Below are positions 37,695-49,196 of a stretch of DNA of 64,000 bases, in pieces. Each line of letters opens with the position of its first letter. The stretch's first letter is position 1. Where the stretch lies: contig NW_015172592.1 in assembly GCF_001447785.1 (NCBI RefSeq), forward strand, positions 445,542-509,541, written 5' to 3'. Made by a program: the position numbers and the translations under genes. The notes under the pieces are model-generated. The model searched no databases. It saw only the letters and a program-made list of their open reading frames with translations, and had not been told where the DNA came from. Source of the stretch: Gekko japonicus. Lineage: Eukaryota.

Positions 37695-37890
37695 ATTTCC
37701 CACTTTTTTATCCCACCTTTTCTCTAAGAACCTCAAGGTGACTTCTATGGTTATTCCTCTTCAGTTTTATCTTCACACCAGCCCTATGAAAGGTTATTAG
37801 GCTGACACAGGGGCTGACCCAAGGTCATCAAGTGAGGCTTTTAACCTGGGTCTCCCTGTCCTAATTCAAAGCTGTAACCAATGTGCAACA
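37695..37890 (-). mobile_element. Degenerate MIR/Ther1-related SINE
   Basis: TTTTATCTTCACACCAGCCCTATGA...GACCCAAGGTCATC...AACCTGGGTCTCCC core motifs. Confidence 0.55.
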
Positions 37891-38113
37891 TTAACTACCA
37901 GAAATTAATTTTAAAAAAACAAAAACCTAGAACATATGTATTTCTGTAAATGCTAGTTTTATATTTGGGATCCAATAACTTGTGCAGTAGTAATATGACC
38001 AGTTTCAGGAGAGTAGGAATTTTCTGCAGAACAAAAACTTAAGACAGGCTGCTCATTTCTGGAATGCAGATTTAGTCTTCCAGAAGGATAGTAGAGTCAG
38101 TATATTGTAGTAA

Positions 38114-38246
38114 AAATAAACAGGAGCCTTGTGGCACCTTAAAGACTAACTAAATTTTATGTCAGCATCTGATAGTTTAACTCATGAAAGTTTAGGCAGA
38201 ATACAATTTAAATAGTCCTTAACGTGTCATAAAATTCCTGTTTATT
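38114..38246. mobile_element. Penelope-derived fold-back repeat with a decayed hammerhead-like centre
   Basis: Arms AATAAACAGGA...GGCACCTTAAAGACTA and TAGTCCTTAACGTGTC...TCCTGTTTATT flank CTGATAG...CTCATGAAAGTT. Confidence 0.6.
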
Positions 38247-38749
38247 GTTCAATGTTTTGTTGACTTTGTTGTTTGTTGTCAAGCTGTCTGAGCAAGAGGG
38301 CAAAACTTCTTGAAAAATGGACCTTCAGTTCAGGGTAATGGCTATACTTGCTGCTATTTAGACAACTAGCCTGGCCTTCAAATAACTACACGAATGGGAA
38401 GTCTTGTTAGAAGGAATACATTGAGGGTCTAATCACATTATAACCTTCTTATGAATTTATTTATTTCATTTCTATCTCGCCCACCCTGCATGCACGCTCG
38501 GGGGTGGTGGTGGTGGTTACAACATATAAAACACACAACAATAAAAACCAACTCTAATACTATAAAATCACTAACACCTTAAAACAAGATGACATTCTGA
38601 AAAACCATTTCCCAGTGCCCTGGCATAGTATAGCATTAGGAAGAAGACAGGCCAGAGCCTATAAAATACAGTTCATTGCTCTCAGATAGATCCAGAGGAG
38701 GCATTTTAGTCCAGTGACCCAACAATTTACAGTGAATTATGGGAGGAGG

Positions 38750-39392
38750 GTTATACGTAGGTCAGGACGTCACACTTGCCACCCTCCTTGTCTCTTTTCA
38801 AACCTACAGAGAATCATGACCATTTCACACCTCAGGTTCTCTCTAAGTCCCAGAGACATCCACAGACAGGGTAACCCAGCCCCCTTTAATAATCAGCCAT
38901 CACTTACACAGAGCTACTGGGGTTGGGGCTCAAACACTGTTCCAATCACGCACTGCCACCATTCATTCATATCTTATAATATACGTGTATAGGCCAAGAT
39001 ATTAAAATGTGTATGTATGTACTTCTTTCCCTTAGACACGCAGCCCACAGAGTTAATCAAAACAAGAGACTTCTATTTATATGAACAAAACGCTCAGGAA
39101 AGTAAAGTCTAAGGAACATTTCACTTCCACTGAACTTTTAAACTGAGGTCCTATTCCTACAGCCGGGATCCTTTCGTTACAAATGTACTATTTTCAGCCT
39201 GCTCCAAGCAGCTCTTCTACACAGTTCCAGTCAGCCAGAAAACCCCTTTTCACCACAGCCTCTGCGATGTCATCCTCTCCCTGCTGCTCCTGTCCTCCTC
39301 AACTGCTGTCCTTCAAGGCTCCCTCTCTCAACGTTCTGTCAGCTCTCATTGGTTGCTCTTAGAGAGAGGCAGAACCTAGCCAGACCCTCACA
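38750..39392 (-). mobile_element. Possible solo LTR
   Basis: Minus strand starts TGTGAGG, contains CCAAT and later an ATAAAT signal-like motif; the other end (CGTATAAC) lacks a clean CA and no TSD was found. Confidence 0.35.
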
Positions 39393-39477
39393 CCTAGCCT
39401 TGCTAACAAGGACTTAAAGGCAGCCCAAACTATATGGGAGGCCCTTCATTCAAAGTAACTAACTTCATGAATTCTGA

Positions 39478-39662
39478 AGCAGAGATCCATCAGTGGCTAT
39501 TAGCCACGAGGTATAGTATTCTTGGTGCTTGGGGGGGGGGGACAGTGGGAGGCCCCACTGATGGACCTCCTGATGGCTCCTGGTATTTTTGGCCGCTATG
39601 TGACAGAGTGTTGGACTGGAGGGGCCATTGGCCTGACTCAACATTGGCTTCTCTTATGTTTA
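39478..39662 (+). mobile_element. CR1 3' fragment
   Basis: AGCAGAGATCCATCAGTGGCTATTAGCCAC...GGCTTCTCTTATGTT matches 31664-31900 with deletions. Confidence 0.85.
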
Positions 39663-41028
39663 CTTGAAATCAGGCCACACTTGGAGTCCTTTTCTTTTCG
39701 CTCCTCTGTTGGGCTCCTACCAGACCAGAGGCTTACAGGCACTGAGACAAGGAATATAAAAACATGGTATATTCCAAACAGCTGGGGTCAATGGGAAAAT
39801 GAAGTCCTTGACAGCACCTCCACCTCTCTCTCTCTCTCTGTGTTTTTTTTGTTTTGTTTTTTTGCAGACTGGTACTGAACAACAGCCACACACACATTCA
39901 CATCAGTCATGTCTCAGTAATACAGATCAGGTCAACAGCCTCATTCATTTGGATAGCAGATGCTGTATAAGCCACCTACTTGGCACTAATAAAATGCCAG
40001 ATGAGGAGAGGCCATCACAGCATACTCAGTATAGTTAGGGCTGCAGAGACAACTGAAAGGGTCAACTGCTCTCAATCTTTGCTATATTTGCTTTCTCCGC
40101 ATTACTGTATTTATTGGGATGTCACTCAACTTGCCATCTAGTCCATCAGACACAAATTTTGGAACAGGCTTACAAGCCCTCATTTATTTTTATGCCATTA
40201 AACTCACTGCTTAGATAACAATTGCACGTATTTGTTTATAGGAACTGTACCCGTTACCAATACTTAGTGTAGAAAGCACTTAGGTAAAATCCAGGAGTTT
40301 ATGAAATTATCACACAGAGAATCAAGTGCTTGTTTGCCTTCCAACAGATGGCTACTGTTAGTTAAGTCCTGCGCCAAATAAAAATACTTTCTGAAAACAA
40401 GGAGGCATTCCACAAACTTTTCACTCCCTGAGCCTTAAATGCATCCAATAGCAGCATTAGAGACACCTGCAGCTCAAAGCACACTAAGTAACATGATAAT
40501 TATCCGTGACGTTATTGAATGATTGATTATTTTACTGCTTCTGGCTGTGAAAACAAAACAAAAGCAGGACACCCAAAAGACTGTAAATAATAATAATTTA
40601 TGAGGCATACACTCCATAAATCTGATGGGCAAATGATTTTTTCAGGGTTTCTTTCTCTGTTAAAAGGCTAAAAAAATAAAATAGCAGTAACATTTTCGGT
40701 CTTGGAATTAAATCGTTAAGGAAGAACAAAACCACGTTCCTCAATGTTCACATGCTTTGCTTTTGGTCAATTTGACAAAAAAAAGGGTTCAGTGTTAAGA
40801 ATGTAATTACATGAGTAACATAAATTGGTGTTTTTTTAAACTTCAAAACTACATTTCTGAATCACCAATTTCATTACTTTTTCAGAATAGGTAACTCATG
40901 AGATTCCTTGAAGCCAGACAATCTTATTGAACAAATTACTATGATACACTGTTTAGTTAGCAGTTATTCCACCATGAAGAAAACAGACAGCCTCTATGGG
41001 AGGGGGGCCAAAGCTGCAGTCTCCCTAA

Positions 41029-41525
41029 GGGCAGGCCCATAGCCACAGTGGGGCATTTGGGGGCAGAGGCCCACTATGAAGGAGCCCTTCCACTTCTGGT
41101 CAGTTTCACTCCCCCCATCCGCTGTTAGATTTAACAGCTGATTGGAGGGGAGTGAAACTGACCAGAAGCAGCAGGGTGGCTTCCCTTTCTTTTACCAGCC
41201 TCCCCGAAGCGGGGGGGGGCTGGGGAAGGAAACAGAGGGAGAGAAAGCATGTGTTGTCTCTCTCTCTCTTTCCTTCCCCAGTCACCCCCCCATGGCGAGG
41301 GGGCTGTGGAAGGAAAGGGAAGTCGCCCTGCTGCTTCTGGTCAGTTTACTTCCCCAGTCTCCCTGCTGATGGGGGGGGGGCTGGGGAAGGAAAGAGAGAC
41401 AAGGCATGCCTTCTCTCTCTCTTTCCTTCACTACCCCACTTAATCTAATTAAGTTCCCTACTCCATTGCCCCAGCATCCTGGCCCCTGCACCACCAGCCA
41501 GAAATTTCTGGCCTATGGGTCTGCC
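41029..41525. mobile_element. PIF/Harbinger-like MITE
   Basis: TIRs GGCAGGCCCATAG / CTATGGGTCTGCC; TAA on both flanks; internal inverted repeat CTTCTGGTCAGTTTCACTCCCC / GGGGAGTGAAACTGACCAGAAG. Confidence 0.8.
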
Positions 41526-41835
41526 TAAAGGCCACAGTGTTCCAACTTTTAAAAAGATGCAGCTTAAAAAATATGTAAGAAAACCTCAGCAGCATAAAGA
41601 AACAAAAGAAATACAAACCCAAACCAAGACATCAACGGCTGAACCACTGAATGGCAGAGATGGCGAATAATTTCCATTATGTGAACATATTGTCCTTTGC
41701 TTAGAATAGGTGTTGCAGAAAAGTAAACGTATACACACACACACACTCATATTCCAGGATATCAGTTGCCACCATATATAGGTTTACGCAGAGGAAAAAA
41801 CCTGAGAAATGCCTTGAGGGAAAAGAGTTCTTGTA

Positions 41836-43460
41836 GGGGACTTCTGGCCTGGAGTGCTGAGGAGAACCCCCTCTGAGGCAATGGCCAAGGAATTGGGGCC
41901 CTCCTTGGTCCAAGAGGCCTTGCCACCGTGAAGCCATCATGGCAACTAGAGCTGGCTACTGGAGGAAGCAGACAAGCGATCCAGTGTGAATGAGCTCCTA
42001 TAGTAACTTAAAGGTGATAAAACTGAGTTAATCGATCCCCTCTACAAGCGGCTGAGCCTTTAAGGTGAACAGCAGCAATTCATGAGATAAGCGGTGAGCA
42101 GGGATCCCCCCCACGAAATTAAATGGTTCCTGGACGATAAACTGAGAGGGAAAAAGCGAAACTGACCATGACAGACAGCAAATGAGACTGAAAGGTGCAA
42201 AACAGTCCAAAACATTTTCAAATCAGAGAACTTTCAGTTTAACTTTAAAAACTTTCTCCTTGTGTAAACAATGTCTGGTAGAGAGAGAAGAATGGCACCA
42301 GAAAAGAAGCCTCTCACAGGAAATAATCAACCAGCGACTCCTTCACAGACATAGGAAGCAGCTGCTGACTTTCCTAATATGCTGGCACTGGCATTGTGCC
42401 CTCTGCTGGAACAGATGTCAAATATCAACAGCAAGCTGGATGGAGTCCAAAAGCAATTGACACGGATGGATAAAAGAGCAGATACTGAGAAAGCCATTAA
42501 GAAAGTTGAGATAAAAACAAAAGATAGTAAACTGGAAGGAGTGGAAAAAGAAGTGGAAAAACTGTTGCAGCTTCAAATGGAAAGATCAATGTATGTCTTG
42601 CGCTTTCAAGGCATTGCAGAAAAAAAGGAGAAAATTTAAAAGAACTTTAAAGCGAAGTATTAGCACCAATGACAGAACTTAAGATGTACTGCAAAATGAT
42701 ATGGATCTGACATATTGGAACTACTCAGATTTCATCAAGAGAAATATGCTACCTGGTGAAGTATTTGTGAAATAGTGAGATCCACTAGAGAAGCTGTTTT
42801 GAAAGCTACATCTGGGAAAACCTTGAAAGTAAAAGATGAAGAAGTGAAAAGGATATTCCATTTGAGGTGTAGAAGTGAAGGCGGCAATACAAAGACTTAA
42901 CTTTCTTCCTTCATAATAATTCAATTTCATACAGATGGACATTTCCAGAAGGACTTGTGTTCAACTATAAAGATAAGACCAAGATTGACTCTGTTCAGAA
43001 AGCCAAAAAAGTTTTGGATCAGCAACAAAACCCGAGCAAAGATGAAAGGAAGACTGAGGACAACAATGAAGAAGATGATAGAAGTGACTGTGAATCTGAA
43101 GATATGTCAAGTAGCTCTGACAGTACCTCTGAGGTTTCGGATTCGGAAAAAGGAACAGCTGCTCCCAAACCACTTAAAGTTAAACTGAAATACAAGAAGA
43201 AAAAGCATGGAAAATAAACTGGAAGTTCAATAGAACATAATTGACTATAAAACACCTATAGATTTGTATTGAAGACTCAAGCCAGCTTTATCTAGAAATC
43301 AATACCTTGACATAGTACCTTTGTTATTATTGTAGGTCCGATATATAAGAATGTAATTTCTGAAATACGATCCTTGTCTTAATTTAGTTTCTGTATTAGT
43401 TTTAGAGCTTCCTTTACCCCTTTCCCTTAGGATATAGTATATAAAAGCAATAAAAAAATT
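41836..43460 (+). mobile_element. Second ORF1-only L1-derived retroposon (HAL1-like), decayed
   Basis: 5' GGGGACTTCTGG; ORF1 pieces from about 42292: coiled coil, MERSMYVLRFQGIAEKKE (RRM entry), SYRWTFPEGLVFNYKD...DSVQKAKKVL (CTD), then acidic/basic tail ending at 43217; about 240-nt UTR and AATAAAAAAA at about 43449; no ORF2; TSD not resolved. Confidence 0.72.
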
Positions 43461-43744
43461 ATTTACTATGATCTTAACAGTTAGAAGCAGTTTATAATAT
43501 ACAGCATTTTTCAGCTTTCCAAAAAAGTTTTATAATGACTTTTTGGTTCCCCCCCTCCCCCCAAAAGACAGATGGAACATTTAATTTGCTCCTGCCCAGC
43601 TGTAAGGAACAAACCTGAAATGGGTAAGAAAGTGGGAGAAAGGTCTGTATTGCTAATATTATTAGGTGTATGCTTTGCTAAATGGAGGGCCTTAGGATGC
43701 TACAGCCCCTGTGACAGTTGACTGCAAAAGCCCACTATGATTGC

Positions 43745-43935
43745 AGTCTCCATTAAGTTGCAGGCGACTTATGGCGACCCCGTAAGGTTTTCAAGACAAG
43801 AGAGTAACACAGGTGGTTTGCCATTGCCTGCCTCTGCCTTTTGACCCTGGAATTCCTTAGTGGTCTCCCAGCCAAATACCAACCAGGGCCGACCCTGCTT
43901 AGCTTACAAGACTTGACGAGATCAAGGCTCTATCA
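43745..43935 (-). mobile_element. 5S rRNA-headed SINE with RTE-type tail (second copy)
   Basis: GGTCTCCCAGCCAAATACCAACCAGGGCCGACCCTGCTTAGCTT...GACGAGATC is antisense 5S; tail GACTTATGGCGACCCC. Confidence 0.8.
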
Positions 43936-44604
43936 AGATATTATGAAGGTTATGCATAGACAATCCCTAGTATTGCCACAAATTCACCAATGCAGGGGTC
44001 AAAACTGTGAGAAGCAGCCCCCAGTCAGGGTTCCTAGATCTCAGTTATAGATCCAGCCTCAGTGATGGTGTACATTATAACAGAAACAGTGTAAGTAAAA
44101 ACATACCCACTGATCTCCACACAAGGCCAAAAGTGACTTCCCCTACCGCTATTATTACCTGTTCCATGTACAAATTCCTTTGCAGAGGAGTGAATTCTGA
44201 CTAGCTTCAATCATGCCACACAACAAGTAATGTATAAATCCTTTCATATGATAAGGTGCACAGCATGGAACGATCTCTCTCCTGGCTTGTGTAGACAGAA
44301 TTTAGGGCATACAAGTGAAGGCTTTGATGTTGGGTAACACAGTGAAAACCTTGGCACAAAAACTAAATAACCTGGCCCGATAGCAAATACAGGAAGAGCA
44401 TGTTGCTAATGCTGACTGTTCAGAACCCGCATAGCCATCCATCAGGAAACATGACTGCATTCCATCTGCAGATGTAAGGACAAAACACTACAGTTAATAT
44501 GTACTATGCAGAAATAGGGGCCTCATTCAGCATGTTCCCCTATAACCCATAAAATTGCACCAGTGAAGACAATGGAGAGCACAGACCTTTCCCTTGGCAA
44601 TTAA

Positions 44605-44925
44605 CATAAGAAGAACATAAGAGGTGCCAACACTCTGTCACACAGTGGCCAAAAATACCAGGTGCCATCAGGAGGTCCATGAGTGGGGCCAGGACACTAG
44701 AAGCCCTCCCACTGTTGCCCCCCCCAAACACCAAGAATACAGAGCATCACTTGCCCCAGCCTGAGAGTCCCTATCTATACCTTGTGGCTAATAGCCACTG
44801 ATGGACCTCTGCTCCATATGTTTATCCAATTCCCTCTAGAAGCCACCCATGCTTGTAGCTGCCACCACCTCCTGTGGCAGTGAATTCCATGTGTTAATCA
44901 CTCTTTGGGTGAAGAAGTACTTCCC
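44605..44925 (-). mobile_element. CR1 3' fragment
   Basis: Reverse complement of about 31555-31900 (AAGAACATAAG tail, GAAGAAGTACTTCC). Confidence 0.9.
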
Positions 44926-46893
44926 AGGGCATTCCATTCCAACTACTGCTGCTACTGGCCAAATACTCAGGACTTCTTTTGCCCTTTAACAGGTGCAAAA
45001 GACAAGAATGTTCCTTACTTGCAGAGCAATGTAGACCACAAGTGAGATCTGAAGCAAGATCAGTAGCAGCCATGATTCATGTGCATCCAAGCTGTTCTTC
45101 TGTAGGTCTGTCAATTTTTTTTTAACTATGCACAGTACTTTTAAGAAGTTATATGGAAGGCAAATCCATACCAACACAAGGATGCAGTAATAGGAAAACT
45201 GTTACCCTCTGTCAAGGGGATTTCTGCATGGGTTTTGTTCCATTGGTTCTAGCCCCATACTGCTTTCATTTATCCCGATTTCTGCACATATTTTTTGTGC
45301 CTTCAGCTTTCACTTTGGGTTTGTTGTTGTTTCTCCTGTTTTTTCCCATTTCTTTTGAGACCAGTTTTAATCTTATCTTTTTCTGGAAGCCAACTCTGAG
45401 TTGCCTTTTCCTTGTGCCTAATGTTTCTGATGGTTTTCTTTGTCCTTCCCACTCTCACCTACCTCCAGCCCACTTTTTGATGACTGGACTGTTGTCATCG
45501 TCAAACCACTACCTCCCCCCCAAAGATGAGTAGTTTGGTTTTTAAGTGCTTTAATACAACCTTTACATTGATATAAACATGCACGTGCACCCACAGGTTT
45601 AGCAGGTTTTCTGAATTCCCAGCTTTCATTTTTTTTTTAAAGCAAGTCTCTAGGCCCTTTTCCTTGTGAAGATATGCCTTTCTGGGAATTTAGAGAACCT
45701 GCTAAACCTATCATGGCAACGTTATATCGCTATAACAATATTTAAGTGCTAATTTTAAAAAAATGGGTTGTTGTTTTTTTTTGCAGGTGGCTACTTCCAG
45801 CACCAGAGAAAAGTGGCAGGGTTTGAAAGGAACATAGCATTTCACATATAGTTCATAAACAGATGGGTGGTAGGCCTGCTCCTTTTTTTAGGCTTCCCCA
45901 TGCAAAAACACTGGAGTTTCTACAAAGTCACTGACATAAAAGAAAGTGTTTAATTTACAATCCAGCTGCATGCATGTAGGAAGATAAGATATGGCCCAAA
46001 GATTCACTATCCACTGAAGAACGTGGTATTATTTCTAGAGTTGCTCCACAAATATTGGAACAACTGTGGCCCAGAAACTGAAACGATTACTGCATTTCCC
46101 ACTGACCTTGCCTTGTTCTTCTACTTTCTTCATATCTCCAATCTGGCACAGCTAGCTGACTTTTTATAGATATTGTGTTTTATAGATAAACAGTGTTACT
46201 GGGACACAGAGCGGCTGCTTAGGTACAGAACAGCCATGACTTTTCTCAGAGAAGCTAACTCCAATGACCATGACATATGGAAAATGGTTCTTGGAAGCCT
46301 CCTTGGTTTCAAAAAGAGTCTGCCATATCTGATGTGGCGTGGCTATTTAAAAAACACAACTCTAAAGCCTTCTTCTCAAGATGCTGCCTGATATGCTCCC
46401 CTGCTTATGCCTGTCCCTCACAAAACCAAACAAGGACCCACGGTAAGTAGGAAAACCAACATACAACAAGTACCGTGGACAGATTATTATAACATATCAT
46501 AAATAATTTTATATTTTTTGAAAAATATTTTACAATGATTTCTACATATATAATTAATCATCTTAATCACAATGGAGTTCCCGGCCTCCCGGCAAAGCCG
46601 GTGAGGTCCGGGGGCTTTTTTGCCACCTCGGAGGAGCCGGGGCAGCAACAGAATCATGACGCATGGCATCATGACGTGGGTGGGGTGGATGGCGCCAGCT
46701 TGGCTCTCCTTAAAGTCTCTTTATAACATGTGCTCTGTCTTCCTCCAACAGAGGTCCAGATATCCTTCTGTTTCAGAATCTTCCTCAGGGAGTTCAACAA
46801 CAATTTTCAGCACAAGGTTGCCACATACCAAAGTTTTAATCCAAAGTTCTCTTTCAATCAATTCTGCAAAAAAAATTTTTGATGAGCTACAAG

Positions 46894-47097
46894 TAGGCTT
46901 ACCAAGTGGCGGCGGGGGATCCGCATGTCTTCACAGGATCGCTGCCCCGGGGACGGCGATACGCGCTGCACCCGCCGTCGCCAGGATGTGACGCAATGCG
47001 TCACTCTGGCAACGGGGCTGTGCAACGCGTGTCGCCGTCCCCACGGCAGGGATCCTGTGAACACATGCGGATCCCCCGCCACCACTTGGTAAGCCTA
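46894..47097. mobile_element. Fold-back hAT MITE, same family as 22077-22378
   Basis: TIRs TAGGCTTACCAAGTGG / CCACTTGGTAAGCCTA; near-palindromic throughout; perfect TSD GCTACAAG (46886-46893, 47098-47105). Confidence 0.93.
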
Positions 47098-47164
47098 GCT
47101 ACAAGCCTCCTCCAAAGTGAAAAGCACGTAAGTGAAAAGTAGCTCATCAAAAAAATTGTTTGCA

Positions 47165-47406
47165 GCGTTCATATAATGTAAATGTAACTGATAGATAAAT
47201 GTAGTAATTTGAGAACGCAGAAAAGATAAGCTTAGTAAAATAGATAATGAATTTAGAAATTTAATAAGCAGAAGAAATAATAAAGTCTCTTGTTATATGT
47301 TGTGGGGGGTAGTTGGGGGTTGTTTGTATGTATGTCTGTATGTCTGCAGTATATAATGAGGAAAAAAATAATAAAAGTGTACCCTCGGGTACTTAAAAAA
47401 AAAAAA
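47165..47406 (+). mobile_element. 3' UTR fragment of an L1-type retroposon
   Basis: AT-rich then GT-rich tract, AATAAA and an A12 tail at about 47395-47406; same layout as the end of 51573-53776. Confidence 0.5.
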
Positions 47407-48136
47407 GCAGACAGGCTCAAGTTGCTGATGTCCTGAGTGGTGCATGAGTGAGCAGCAGTAAGTCTGCTCCTTGCCACCACTGCCTCCCCCATTAACCACT
47501 CCTCAGGCAAAGGAGAGAGCAGCGGCAAACGAATTCCTTAAGAGCAACAGTGACAGGATTCAGTCATCCCATAAAAGGTTGGCCCTACCTTTAAATACCT
47601 TAGGAGGTCAACTAAGCCTTACACCAGCATATCTCAAAGATATGCTGGCATATCTGGCGATACACTGGTGCCAAGTCAACATTAAGCGGATATAACTCTG
47701 GCACTGGTGTTTTTTTTTAAAGGTTAAAGTCAGCAACCTAAAGCCCCCTAGTCTTGGACAAATCATTGGATCTAGTGCAACCTTATGCCAGCAACCACCC
47801 TGGTATTCCTTTTTTAAAATCCCCTGAATTGTTCCCAAAGCCCTTTCAGTAACTGCCAAGAATTCCAGAAGTGCAAAAAGTGTGTTTTCAAGTCTGGAAA
47901 ATCCTAAAATAGTGCCCTGCTAGGCTGAACACAGAGTCGTTATCTCAGTGTCTACATGCACTGTACCTCTTGGCAAACTTGTGTTTTTTCTTCTACATAA
48001 GAAAGCATGTGGCAATTTGGCTTTTTCTGTTAACAGCCACCTGACCTACTATTATTCCAGACCTCTTCTGAATGGAAATTCAAATGCTCAGGGGTATTCA
48101 TTAAAAACCAAGTACCTTAAACCTTATCTGAATGTA

Positions 48137-48491
48137 AAAGGTAAAGGTTCCCTTGCTCGAAAGCCAGTCGAATCTGACTCTAGGGTTGCGGTGCTCATCT
48201 CCGTTTCAAAGCCGAAGAGCCCTCGCTGTCCGAAGACGTTTCCGTGGTCATGTGGCCGGCATGACTAAACACCAAGGCGCACGGAACGCTGTTACCTTCC
48301 CACTGAAGTGGTACCTATTTATCTACTTGCAATTTCTTGCTTTCGAACTGCTAGGTTGGCAGGAGCTGGAACTAGAGACGGGAGCTCACTCCATCATGCG
48401 GCACACTCGGGTCTCGAACTGCTGAACTACTGACCTTCCACAGCCTGCAGTTCAGCGTCTTAACCACTTGAGCCACCGCAGCTCCTTTAAA
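48137..48491 (-). mobile_element. Sauria SINE (Squam1), full length
   Basis: (AAAGGT)n tail, CCGTGGTCATGTGGCCGGCATGAC, GGAACGCTGTTACCTTCCC, GTACCTATTTATCTACT, tRNA-like head (CTTAACCAC...GCCACC); TSD TATCTGAATGTA (48125-48136, 48492-48503). Confidence 0.92.
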
Positions 48492-48990
48492 TATCTGAAT
48501 GTACATTACGTTTTATTGTATTTAAACATTTTGCATCCAAATTGACAATTACCCACCGAACAGCACTATGTTAACAGCTACAACACAGGAGGAAATATAG
48601 AGTGTTGTCATCTACTGTGAAAATGGCCTTAGGCTGCGATCACACACACCTTTAGATCTGACATAGGTGCAAATGCCTGACGGATCTAAAGGGAGTGATC
48701 AGACGGCACCATCTGGGAAGCATCCTGCAGTCATCGGCAACCCATGCTGCTCTGCAGCAGAAGCGGAATTAAAAGACACCGGGGAAAGTCCGGTAATAAA
48801 TGGGTTCCGACGGGCCACGGATGGACTTTCCCCTGTCTGATCATTCCAGCATGCTCTCAAGCCATTGATGATGGTCTGATCAGGCCATCCAAGCTCAGTG
48901 CTGTCCCCCCCCCTCACAGTATGCACATCATTGCATACTCCATAGGGGGCCCTCTGTGCAGAGGTGCAATTCCTCATTTATGCACATGGG

Positions 48991-49196
48991 CAATGTTCTC
49001 TCTAAGCTGTGAAGTATTTTGAGCAAAAATTCTACTTTGTGAGCTATTGCCATTAAAGCTGTGAGTGAGTGATTTGGCTACTACATAAATTAGTTTGCTC
49101 TGGTGCCATCCTTCCTGAGCTAAGACAAAAATGTGTGAGCCAGAGGCTCAAAAACTGTGAGCTAGCTCACACTAACTCAGCTTAGAGGGAACACTG
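48991..49196. mobile_element. hAT MITE (CAGTGTTCCCTCTAA family), inverted relative to 25851-26056
   Basis: TIRs CAATGTTCTCTCTAAG / CTTAGAGGGAACACTG; TSD CACATGGG at 48983-48990 and 49197-49204. Confidence 0.93.

Noticed and set aside
43855-43925. 5S rRNA gene (also 17120-17190)
   Set aside because: Partial, diverged and fused to a SINE body and tail; these are SINE heads, not rRNA genes.
46575-46660. HDV-like ribozyme or parvoviral ITR reading of the GC hairpin
   Set aside because: I could not build a consistent P1/P3/P1.1 pseudoknot, and there is no T-shaped ITR, Rep-binding repeat or Rep/capsid homology nearby.
46878-47150. TGATGAG...GAAA as a hammerhead after removing the MITE
   Set aside because: The core lacks the C of CUGA, and the GATGAGCTAC segment is sequestered in a simple inverted repeat.
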